Virus record (IMG/VR): IMGVR_UViG_3300027541_000218
Location: 1-64,000 of that record
Reading direction: 5' to 3' (one strand)
From: a virus
Length of the DNA: 64,000 nt
A program made the translations under genes and the position numbers. The notes below the pieces were generated by a model that was given only the letters and a program-made list of their open reading frames with translations, had not been told where the DNA came from and searched no databases. Within the stretch, counting starts at the first letter, position 1; every line of letters starts with the position of its first letter. This document shows positions 33,510-41,998 of this stretch, piece after piece.

Positions 33510-34640
33510 TTACTTAACAAGTGCAACTTTTGCTTTTGGATTAGCCTTATTCCACTTAACAATAAGTGCATTGAATGACTTCTTTAGTGCAGCAAGAGCC
33601 TTAGCGTTTTCTGCCTTAACTGCATCTAGTTCTGTCTTAGCAGCAGCCTGTGCATCAGCAAGAGCCTTGTCTGAAGCAACCTTAGCGGTTACGGCTTCAG
33701 CCTTTAACTTTGCAATTTCTGCGTTAGCCTTCAATAGTTCTGCATCAGAAAGAGCCTTTGCATCAGCAAGAGCCTTTGCAGAAGCAGCCTTTTCTGCAGT
33801 AAGTGCAGCATTAGCAGCATCACGAGCAGCAGTCATTGATGCAAGTTCAGTTGCAAGATCACGATTTGCAACTACCTTTGATGCTGTTAGAACTGGAGTA
33901 GCAAAACCTGCAATTGCAGACTGTGCTGTAACAGAAGAACCAAGACCAAAAATAGCAACAGCATTGCCAGAGGCAGCCATTGTTACCTTAAAGTCAGCAG
34001 TTCCAAAGTTTGTTAGTCCAGAACCAGTTGTTGCAGTTACTGTATCAAGTGTTCCATTAGAAACAGTTGCAGTAAGAGCAACGCCAGTTACTTTATTACC
34101 AAACACGTCAGTAGTTGTAACTGTATAAGTTTTTTGTGTTCCTGATGCAGCGGTATCATCACCAGCAACAGATACTGTATTTACGTTACCAGCAGTACCC
34201 TGAACATAATATGTTGTAGTTGTACCCTGATTTGTAATTACAACAGTACCAACAGCAGTAGTCTTTGTAAAAACAAAGAATGTTGCAGTTGTGCCTGTAC
34301 CAGTTGCAATGGTTGCAGAAGCAGAACCAGCAGATGCTGTTACTGGAGCAGCAGATGTTGCAGTAGCAAGAATGATTGAAGCATTAGTTGCTGAAACTGT
34401 AACTACTGTGCCAGTATCTACTGTAGCAACAAACTTAAGAGCGTCTGTTGCATCTACAGAGTTATCTGAAGGAACTGGAAGTGCTACGGCTGCTGTTGTT
34501 GACAAACCATTGTTTGTCGGAGCAGAACCATTAACCGTGATTGCCACTGTCATTGGGGCAGCACTTGCAGGTGTTGCGACAATTGTGCTCAGTGACAGGG
34601 CTGCAACCACGCCAAGAGCGATCTTCTTAAATGAATTCAT
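33510..34640 (-). CDS. Ala/Thr-rich secreted protein, Ig-like core plus coiled-coil tail (host surface protein-like)
   Basis: MNSFKKIALGVVAALSL...ASA signal peptide, TDVFGN motif, Ala/Lys helix. Confidence 0.75.
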   Translation of the reverse strand: MNSFKKIALGVVAALSLSTIVATPASAAPMTVAITVNGSAPTNNGLSTTAAVALPVPSDNSVDATDALKFVATVDTGTVVTVSATNASIILATATSAAPVTASAGSASATIATGTGTTATFFVFTKTTAVGTVVITNQGTTTTYYVQGTAGNVNTVSVAGDDTAASGTQKTYTVTTTDVFGNKVTGVALTATVSNGTLDTVTATTGSGLTNFGTADFKVTMAASGNAVAIFGLGSSVTAQSAIAGFATPVLTASKVVANRDLATELASMTAARDAANAALTAEKAASAKALADAKALSDAELLKANAEIAKLKAEAVTAKVASDKALADAQAAAKTELDAVKAENAKALAALKKSFNALIVKWNKANPKAKVALVK

Positions 34641-34664
34641 TTTTCTCCTTATAATTCATCGTAT

Positions 34665-36446
34665 TTATATTAGTTTATATTGATTAAGGTAATCCTCAAC
34701 CTCGTCGGGGATTTCCTTAGTATCTAATTCTACCATAGCCCTTTGCTTCTCTGCAAGTCGGGTAGCAGAACTCCATGTATGAACCTCAATCTCAAGATTA
34801 GAGTCCCTACTGGTGTGAGATATTGCTCCAAATACCGCCCCACAAACGGCATCTGCCAAGTCCTTAGATTTTTTTCTTGGGTGATCTACACGATTATTTT
34901 TCATAATCTTTAGTTCACTCATTTCCTCAAGAAGTAAAGGAATCATAGGCATTGCAATTCTTTCTTCATATATCATCATTGCTAGGTCTTCATAATGTTT
35001 TTTAGCAACAGAAACAGTATCAGTTCTCATTCCTACCGCTTTTAACTCCTGCTGAATATCAAATGATTGCCAACGGTCAAAAGAAACTGTACCAATATTA
35101 AATCCTTCTCTGCGTAAATTCATAATCCATTTTTTAACTTCAGATAGGTCTACTGGACCTTCAACCTTTGGTTCCCACCATGCAACTGCGTCCACAACAA
35201 CAATTGGGGCAACCTGTTCGTAATCTTTAATTACCTGAATGTTCACCCAGCGTTCAACATGTGCAATTGCTACTGCACACTTATCGTGCTTTTGTGCAAG
35301 GTCAGCATGAATATAATAAGTTTTTTCTGGATCTGGCTTAAAAGCAGGATCAAACCTCCTGTGAGAATCCAGTGGATTTCTCAATGTCATACATTTTTCT
35401 AACTTCTCTTTTTGTTTGAAGAAAGCATCAGATGAATATGTTGGGGTACATAGGAAACGCATCATGGCATCTCCTAAATCTGTTAAAAATGCAATCTTAA
35501 AATCATCAATCTTTCTAGTAGGATTTACTTCCCATGTAGGTCTTTTAAGGGCAAACATTCTAGGATATTTATAGGATAAAATATGATCTTCTTCCCATAC
35601 TATTTCAAACTCATTGTCTGGTCCTTCTGGTAACTCTTCATTAATAACAAACTTATGTCGTCTTTCTATTACTTCTTTGTCCATGATTACATCGTCATAC
35701 CGTTTTGAAATAAAGTCACCGTTATAGCGGGGGAATGAAAGAAGAACTACCTTTCCTAAATCTGGAAAACGAGAATCTACTGTACCTCTAAATGCTTTGT
35801 ATATATTGTCAGCAGTTTTACCTTGATCGTTTCCTGTTCCTACTTCTGTGGCAAAACCAGAAATTTCATCCAGTACCGCCATGAATAAATTAAGACCTTC
35901 ATGTGATTCACGCTCAGAGTGACCTGAGTAAACAGTAATAGACTTATCAAAACTAATAGAATTTACTTTTGGATCATATTTACCAGCAAACCATGGAGAC
36001 TTTTCAATCTTGGTTTTAAAGCCTTTAAAGAAAACATTTTTAGCCTGCTCTGCGTTAATTGCTACGTTAATAATGTCTATGGCATCTCCACTGGGTTTAC
36101 CGTAATATCTTGCTGGGTCCTTAAGGCATAATAACTTATACACAACGTAAGCACAAGCAACAGTACTAACAAAATCTTTTCCACTGCCTTTGCCAAGTTG
36201 GAGGATAATTTCATTTTTGGTATATTTAGCATAGTGTTTATCTCCTTGCTCTGTACCCATTAGCATTTGTAAATCTTCTTTGCGATATATCTGACTCATT
36301 GCCTCAACAATGTCATACTGGATATTAGACAATGGTGGTTGACCTAAATAATCTAGAGACTCAACAAATGTTTTTACATCTACAGGTGTTTGTTCAAACT
36401 GATTATCCTGTAATGCCTCTAAAAAATCATTGAACATTGTGGACAA
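34665..36446 (-). CDS. terL: terminase large subunit
   Basis: Walker A LGKGSGKD, Walker B AVLDE, nuclease HADLA, SFDRWQS, DH....KDLADA. Confidence 0.9.
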   Translation of the reverse strand: MSTMFNDFLEALQDNQFEQTPVDVKTFVESLDYLGQPPLSNIQYDIVEAMSQIYRKEDLQMLMGTEQGDKHYAKYTKNEIILQLGKGSGKDFVSTVACAYVVYKLLCLKDPARYYGKPSGDAIDIINVAINAEQAKNVFFKGFKTKIEKSPWFAGKYDPKVNSISFDKSITVYSGHSERESHEGLNLFMAVLDEISGFATEVGTGNDQGKTADNIYKAFRGTVDSRFPDLGKVVLLSFPRYNGDFISKRYDDVIMDKEVIERRHKFVINEELPEGPDNEFEIVWEEDHILSYKYPRMFALKRPTWEVNPTRKIDDFKIAFLTDLGDAMMRFLCTPTYSSDAFFKQKEKLEKCMTLRNPLDSHRRFDPAFKPDPEKTYYIHADLAQKHDKCAVAIAHVERWVNIQVIKDYEQVAPIVVVDAVAWWEPKVEGPVDLSEVKKWIMNLRREGFNIGTVSFDRWQSFDIQQELKAVGMRTDTVSVAKKHYEDLAMMIYEERIAMPMIPLLLEEMSELKIMKNNRVDHPRKKSKDLADAVCGAVFGAISHTSRDSNLEIEVHTWSSATRLAEKQRAMVELDTKEIPDEVEDYLNQYKLI

Positions 36447-36981
36447 CAGTAATCACTTCTCCATCTTTTGCAATTGCAGATAGTCTTTGCATAATAAGAT
36501 CTCTAATTTCTGGATGTTCAGATGCAATGTCTCTTAATATATTCATTAAAACTTCTTGTCTCTTTTCAATCTCAACCATCTCTTCTGCAAGTTCTTTATT
36601 TTCTAACAATCCAGCCTTCTGCAACATATCAATTCTTTTTGCCTCAATATCCATAACAAGTTTAATTGCTGTTGTTTTTGCATTAAGATTGGCTGTGGTG
36701 GTTGCATCTTCAATAACCTCATAAGCCTGCTGAATTAGTTTTGTATAGTGTGCGTCTGCACCAACCAAAGCATCTTTTGCACGAGCACGAATAGCATCAT
36801 TAGCAGATGCCATAACTTTCCACTCATTAAGAAGTTCAACAACTTTTGTTCGTGGCATAGTAAGTTGTTTAGCAATTTTTGTAGGATCATTACCCTTTAA
36901 ATATTCAGTAACAACATTATTCATTTCATCAAGATGTTTAACTAAATCTATTTCAGTTGACATTATCTTTTCCTTTAGCAA
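36427..36981 (-). CDS. putative terminase small subunit / HTH protein
   Basis: N-terminal HTH (PTKIAKQLTMPRTKV), helical, directly upstream of terL. Confidence 0.55.
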   Translation of the reverse strand: MLKEKIMSTEIDLVKHLDEMNNVVTEYLKGNDPTKIAKQLTMPRTKVVELLNEWKVMASANDAIRARAKDALVGADAHYTKLIQQAYEVIEDATTTANLNAKTTAIKLVMDIEAKRIDMLQKAGLLENKELAEEMVEIEKRQEVLMNILRDIASEHPEIRDLIMQRLSAIAKDGEVITVVHNVQ

Positions 36982-37291
36982 TTTTAAGCAAGACTAGGTA
37001 TCCAATAAGATCATCAATATCATTGTCACCTGGATAATCTGTACCCTTCATAAGTCTATTTAGTTTATCATCAATACGGACATGAAGTTGCTCTCTTGGT
37101 CCTGCCTTTGAAAATATGCGAACAGGATCCAGTGCTGAATTACCATAAGCAATATTCTTCTTAACAAGCATATGTGCAATTTCGTGGCAAGTTTCCCAAA
37201 TTTCTTTACCCGCCTCTGTACCTACGGTTAAAAGATATAGGTCTTCACACCTAAAATCTTCTACATCTGGAAATACTGGATTAAGACTCAT
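36953..37291 (-). CDS. DUF1599 / nucleotide-modification-associated protein
   Basis: KKNIAYGNS, RIDDKLNRL, DLIGYLVL. Confidence 0.75.
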   Translation of the reverse strand: MSLNPVFPDVEDFRCEDLYLLTVGTEAGKEIWETCHEIAHMLVKKNIAYGNSALDPVRIFSKAGPREQLHVRIDDKLNRLMKGTDYPGDNDIDDLIGYLVLLKIAKGKDNVN

Positions 37292-38051
37292 TGGTTCCCC
37301 CTACAACATTCTTTTTAATTTCTGTTAATATTGTATCAGCAAGGCGTGACTGCTTAAATTTATTGTATCGTTCGGCAAGTGGTTTAATTGGTCCAAACAA
37401 AACTTTATAAGCAATACAATGATCTATATATCCCCATAAATCATCATTTAAATTAAACCTATGTAACCTAATTTCTTTGTCTGTATTAAATTTAACATAA
37501 ACAAGTGGTTCATTTTCTTTTAATTCAAAGGTACCTTTTTTATCCCACATTTGCATTTCCATAGTATATGGTCTAAACCACTGCCCAATATCAAACTCAC
37601 CTGGAACTGGGGTACCATATTTAGTATATTCTGGCTTACTAAAAGTTGGATTTGTAAAGGTAGTAAGTAGTGGTTGGTCAGCAAATAAAACATAAGAAAG
37701 AGCAATCCTAATTAAAGGACCAGTAGTTATACTTGGTTCCCTATTAACAAATGAATGTAAAAATTCTTCTGTAAGAGGAGTAATAATATTATTGTTACCG
37801 CTAAAATCATATTCATATTTACAGTTAATTACATTTTTAAATACGTAGGTTTTTTTAAACAAATCTTTTGTTGCTGGACAAACTAAAAAAGAATCTGTTT
37901 TAGCAGCAAGATTTCTGCTTTTGGTTAAATCAGTATATAGATTAACTGGATCTGGATAAAGCATAGACCAGTCCTCTGGATTTTCAAATGTCTTTTTATA
38001 TCCTGGCGCCCAGTAAACATTAATTATATCTTTATCTTTTTTATTTTTCAT
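37281..38051 (-). CDS. conserved phage hypothetical protein (distant relative of 10655/21545)
   Basis: CPA.KD, PGEFDIGQWFRP, EPLVYVKF. Confidence 0.65.
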   Translation of the reverse strand: MKNKKDKDIINVYWAPGYKKTFENPEDWSMLYPDPVNLYTDLTKSRNLAAKTDSFLVCPATKDLFKKTYVFKNVINCKYEYDFSGNNNIITPLTEEFLHSFVNREPSITTGPLIRIALSYVLFADQPLLTTFTNPTFSKPEYTKYGTPVPGEFDIGQWFRPYTMEMQMWDKKGTFELKENEPLVYVKFNTDKEIRLHRFNLNDDLWGYIDHCIAYKVLFGPIKPLAERYNKFKQSRLADTILTEIKKNVVGGTNES

Positions 38052-38203
38052 CGCTTTGACTTTCTTAATCCAAATTTAGCAAGGTACACATAGATGGTTT
38101 CCACGCTTACCCCACACTCCTTAGCAATATCTTCTGGAGATTTTTTATCTAAAGTATAACGCTTACGAAGCCAAATCTCATTTGTATATAGTTTACCAGC
38201 CAT
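38048..38203 (-). CDS. small HTH DNA-binding protein (51 aa)
   Basis: SPEDIAKECGVSVETIYVYLAKFGL; hand-translated. Confidence 0.7.
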   Translation of the reverse strand: MAGKLYTNEIWLRKRYTLDKKSPEDIAKECGVSVETIYVYLAKFGLRKSKR

Positions 38204-38207
38204 GATG

Positions 38208-38804
38208 TTATTTGTCAACTCCTATAGCCTTGTCCCAGTTATGGATAGCCCAATGTCCAATACCACAGGCATCTGCTACATCATTATCATCTATCGATCT
38301 ATCATAGTTTATATTAATAAACTTAATAGTTCTTTGTTTACGAATACCACGTTCATATCCTTTATACCATGCTTGAGATTTTCCAGGATTTTGACTTCTA
38401 ACAAGCAACTGTTCTTCTTTGGTTAATTTCTTATTGCCTATATAGTTTTGCCATGTTATAGGTGATACCTTGCCTATTACCTTTGTACCGCTTTGACCAG
38501 CAGCACCTAAGATAGCCCCTTGCACTAAAGCAAGATCTGCAGCAGTCTTTGGACTATTCATAAACACTGTATGCTCAATTACGATTGCTTCAAAACCACC
38601 ATAATAATCAAAAAATGCCTTAGTCTTTTGACCAGCGTCCATTACCTTTTCATAAATATTAGAACCTTCAAAATTAATTTTGCCTACTGTTCCTAAATCA
38701 TTTTTAAATTTGCCTGAATCTGTAGTAAATAAAGCAAAGGCAAGACTATTGGTGCTGGCATCAATAGCACATAATACTTTTGGTTTAGTCTTGCTCATAA
38801 TCAA
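38208..38804 (-). CDS. RuvC-like Holliday junction resolvase
   Basis: AIDAST, IVIE, DNDVADACGIG. Confidence 0.8.
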   Translation of the reverse strand: MIMSKTKPKVLCAIDASTNSLAFALFTTDSGKFKNDLGTVGKINFEGSNIYEKVMDAGQKTKAFFDYYGGFEAIVIEHTVFMNSPKTAADLALVQGAILGAAGQSGTKVIGKVSPITWQNYIGNKKLTKEEQLLVRSQNPGKSQAWYKGYERGIRKQRTIKFININYDRSIDDNDVADACGIGHWAIHNWDKAIGVDK

Positions 38805-39081
38805 AATACCCCTTAAGTTCTTTTAACATTTTATCTACTGCTTTTTTACTAACATTACAGTTAGAGCAAAATCCAGAATCATTGTAGATAGAAAGTTTTA
38901 CTCCACATCCACCAAGACACTTTCTATCTTTACCTTTTCGTTTTTGTCTGCGTGTTAATTGATATCTTTCAGCAATCTTTTCTTTTGTAGCCTCATCTCT
39001 ACAAAATTCGCTGCAATATATCTGATAACTTACTTTTGGTTCAAAGTATGTATTACAGTCAAAACGACTACAAAGTTTCAC
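38785..39081 (-). CDS. Cys-rich Zn-finger hypothetical protein
   Basis: C..C, YCS..C, CLGGC, CSNC. Confidence 0.7.
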   Translation of the reverse strand: MKLCSRFDCNTYFEPKVSYQIYCSEFCRDEATKEKIAERYQLTRRQKRKGKDRKCLGGCGVKLSIYNDSGFCSNCNVSKKAVDKMLKELKGYFDYEQD

Positions 39082-39856
39082 TCAATTCCTCCAGAGAAGC
39101 AATCTTTATTACTCCTGGTTCGGCTTTTGCACAGTCAGCCTGTAGCGGACAGTGCTTACAGATCTTAGCATTTGATCTATAATTTTTCATAGGAAGTTGC
39201 TTATCTTCCCAAGCCTTACGAACTTGTCGCATCCATTCAAACGCATTGTCAATCCATTGAATGTAATTATCATTAATGTTTACTGGTATTGCTAACAACT
39301 CATGATTATTTTTATTTTCATAAACAATAACACCCTTAGCCTTCTTAAGAACTTTCATATATATTAATGTTTGAATAATATGACCAGTCTTAGCCTTACC
39401 AGTTTTCTTACGATATTCAAATACTTGTTCGTTGGTAGTCTTTACTTCAACTACAACCTCATCATCTTTCCAGTTAACTAGCCCATCAACCTTGCCATAG
39501 ATTGGTGGATCTTCATGCTTTAGTTCAAACTCATAGTCAATAAGAATTCCTGAGTTTTTAAATGCTGTTCCCAAAATTCTTTCATGCGAGAGCGTACCAT
39601 TATCCATATTTGCAACATCATATGGACTAGCGTTATCTTCAAAGTTAGCCCCCTCAAATGCTAGATACCAGTATCTTGGACATTCTCCTTCACCATAGGC
39701 AATCTTTGAAGGGCTGAACATCTTCTTTTTTTGAAACTTAGTACCACGTTCTGATACATATCCGCTTTCTACAGTTTTGATAAAGTCTGCTGCACCAAAT
39801 TCATCATTTTCTTCTGTAGGCTTAAGCATTATCTGCTTTAGTAAATTTTTAGTCAT
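39068..39856 (-). CDS. Cas4-like PD-(D/E)XK exonuclease
   Basis: SPS...CPR, GTLSHE, GKVDG, EVKT, Q..IY, C-terminal CKHC.....C. Confidence 0.85.
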   Translation of the reverse strand: MTKNLLKQIMLKPTEENDEFGAADFIKTVESGYVSERGTKFQKKKMFSPSKIAYGEGECPRYWYLAFEGANFEDNASPYDVANMDNGTLSHERILGTAFKNSGILIDYEFELKHEDPPIYGKVDGLVNWKDDEVVVEVKTTNEQVFEYRKKTGKAKTGHIIQTLIYMKVLKKAKGVIVYENKNNHELLAIPVNINDNYIQWIDNAFEWMRQVRKAWEDKQLPMKNYRSNAKICKHCPLQADCAKAEPGVIKIASLEELSETL

Positions 39857-39890
39857 TTGTCCGTTTTATCCTTTTTATCTATTATATCAG

Positions 39891-40208
39891 TTATCGCATT
39901 ATGTACTTAAGCGCTGAAACTAAATTGTTGATTGCCTCTGCTGCAGTATAGTAAATATTTTTCTTTGATCTATCACTTTTATCAACATTGGTTAACCATG
40001 TTGCTTTAAATGACATTTTGGCTGCTATAGCCTGTAATCTTACAATTTCAAGACTTGCTACTTGTGGAGGAATATCTGGTTTAATAATTAACTTAGCAAT
40101 CATTGTAAGTGCTGTAGTCAATTCCTCATCTTTCATAAATTCTGCAATCTCAGATAGCCCATTGACCATCTCAAGCGTTGTCTGTTGTGGCTGTGCTTGT
40201 TCCGCCAT
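39891..40208 (-). CDS. hypothetical protein
   Basis: 105-aa helical ORF. Confidence 0.7.
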   Translation of the reverse strand: MAEQAQPQQTTLEMVNGLSEIAEFMKDEELTTALTMIAKLIIKPDIPPQVASLEIVRLQAIAAKMSFKATWLTNVDKSDRSKKNIYYTAAEAINNLVSALKYIMR

Positions 40209-40500
40209 GATTTGCCTCCCATGTTAATTGATCTAATAAGTCAAACTCTATAATTGCTAAACGAGTCTTTTTATTACCTTCACCAAGTATTACTACAATA
40301 GCAGGAGATTTATCTGTGCCAGATTTTATAGAATCTGTTACAGCCTTAGCCCAAACATCTTGATTCAATGTAAATGATTTAGCAGACTCTTTAAAATCAA
40401 CCACAAAGTCTCTCCAGGTAGCATCACCTTTTTGAGTATTTCTACCTGAATTTTTGTGCTGTTTGGCACCTATTCTTTTACTCTCGTTCTTTTCGCTCAT
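40171..40500 (-). CDS. Holliday-junction-resolvase-like PD-(D/E)XK nuclease
   Basis: E...G.....NSG....KGD...VVDFKE. Confidence 0.65.
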   Translation of the reverse strand: MSEKNESKRIGAKQHKNSGRNTQKGDATWRDFVVDFKESAKSFTLNQDVWAKAVTDSIKSGTDKSPAIVVILGEGNKKTRLAIIEFDLLDQLTWEANHGGTSTATTDNA

Positions 40501-40672
40501 AATCCTTTTTTGTTTTCTTTTGTGGTATTAAATTAACTTTTGATAAATGCTTTTTACTACACATCCAAGTTGCATCCCCTGTTTCAATCCATAGTCTTAA
40601 AGAAGTGGCTTCTTCTCCACATTCCTTACATGGAAACTTGCCAGAGTAAGTAGAGAATCTACTATCCGCCAT
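40478..40672 (-). CDS. Zn-ribbon hypothetical protein
   Basis: CKEC...WMCSKKH. Confidence 0.65.
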   Translation of the reverse strand: MADSRFSTYSGKFPCKECGEEATSLRLWIETGDATWMCSKKHLSKVNLIPQKKTKKDYERKERE

Positions 40673-41681
40673 TAGATAATTTGGTCTTTAAAGTTTCTTG
40701 CAAGTCCAAATCCTCTCTTACTCTATTGATAAATCCTTCACGACCCTGTACCTTTGTGCCATCTTCTAATTGATACCATGCTCCAGTTCTTGTAACAAGA
40801 CCTGCTAATTCTGCAGTATCAACAAGATCACCAATAGAATCAATACCTACTTGGTCTCCTCTAAAATAAAAATCATATTCACCTGATTGAAATGCTGGAG
40901 AAGTTTTAGAGAACTGTAGTTCCCATCTAACCTTTCTACCAATCTTTTCTTCAATTAACTTATCGCCAACATGGATCTTACCTTTGATAGCCTGATTATC
41001 TGACTCAGATGAAAATAATTTAATAACTGTAGATGAATAAAATTTAGTAGCCTGACCACCAGTAGGTTGCTGACTGGTGTACATAGCACTAATATTATTA
41101 CGAGATTGGCTGATAAGAACAAGCATAGTTGGCTTAACTTTGTTATTTGCATAATTAAGCATTTTCCAAGCATTGCTAAAATCTCTAGACTCTGCACCAA
41201 TCTGCTTTGTATTTTCTAATTGTTTAAGTTCATCTGAATCTTTTTCAAAATAAATTGCTGGCAATAGGGATGTAATTGAGTCTACTACAATCATGTCTAC
41301 CCCTGCTTCCATTAGATTTACCCCAACATCTACCATCTCATTAATAGTACGAGCCTTTGATACTATAAGTTTACTTGTATCAACCCCCATATGCTCTGCC
41401 CATTTTTTATCGTATGACATTTCTGCATCAATCCAAGCACATACTTTTCCTTCTTTTTGTGCTAGTCCAATCATCTGAAGACATAAAGATGATTTAGCAG
41501 ATGACTTAGAACCCCATATAAGTACCTGACGACCATATGGAAGTCCACCATTTAGTGCACGGTTTAATCCAAAACTTGGGGTAGCAGCATATTCAGTATC
41601 TGGAACAGAATCTCCAGACATAATTGCTTTACGTAGTTTTGGATCTAGTTGAGATAAAACATCTTCAATTGTCATTGTCAT
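40662..41681 (-). CDS. recA: RecA-like recombinase
   Basis: LNRALNGGLPYGR, GSKSSAKS, WIDAE, IVVDS, TGGQATKFYSS, GAWY. Confidence 0.9.
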   Translation of the reverse strand: MTMTIEDVLSQLDPKLRKAIMSGDSVPDTEYAATPSFGLNRALNGGLPYGRQVLIWGSKSSAKSSLCLQMIGLAQKEGKVCAWIDAEMSYDKKWAEHMGVDTSKLIVSKARTINEMVDVGVNLMEAGVDMIVVDSITSLLPAIYFEKDSDELKQLENTKQIGAESRDFSNAWKMLNYANNKVKPTMLVLISQSRNNISAMYTSQQPTGGQATKFYSSTVIKLFSSESDNQAIKGKIHVGDKLIEEKIGRKVRWELQFSKTSPAFQSGEYDFYFRGDQVGIDSIGDLVDTAELAGLVTRTGAWYQLEDGTKVQGREGFINRVREDLDLQETLKTKLSNGG

Positions 41682-41998
41682 TAGAATCTTACCCCATGCT
41701 TCTTTGGTCTATGAGAGTTTTTTTCCATCTTTTCTTTTACAGCATAATCAAGAGATTTTACAACATATCCTGCTTTTGCAATACCAGCATAAAGATCAAG
41801 TGTACGAATAATAATATCTGCAAACTCGTCTGATATTTCATCTGGATGCATATCTTTACGAAGTGCTTCCATAGCCTCAGATACTTCTGAGACAATCATC
41901 ATCATCTGCTTTGCTATAAATATAGGGTCTACAGTCTTATCCCAAAATCCTTTATCTACCGCATTTTTATGTATTTCTTCTGCTATTTCATCAAACAT
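41681..41998 (-). CDS. MazG-like NTP pyrophosphohydrolase
   Basis: SEVSEAMEA, EFADIIIR.LD, KMEKN..RP..HG. Confidence 0.85.
   Translation of the reverse strand: MFDEIAEEIHKNAVDKGFWDKTVDPIFIAKQMMMIVSEVSEAMEALRKDMHPDEISDEFADIIIRTLDLYAGIAKAGYVVKSLDYAVKEKMEKNSHRPKKHGVRF

Noticed and set aside
33571-34683. + strand ORFs of 185 and 130 aa (likewise 59396-59977 and similar)
   Set aside because: Antisense shadows of Ala-rich - strand genes caused by codon bias.
39068-39856. Cas4-like gene as part of a CRISPR-Cas system
   Set aside because: Stand-alone in a recombination module with no other cas genes; typical of phage exonucleases.
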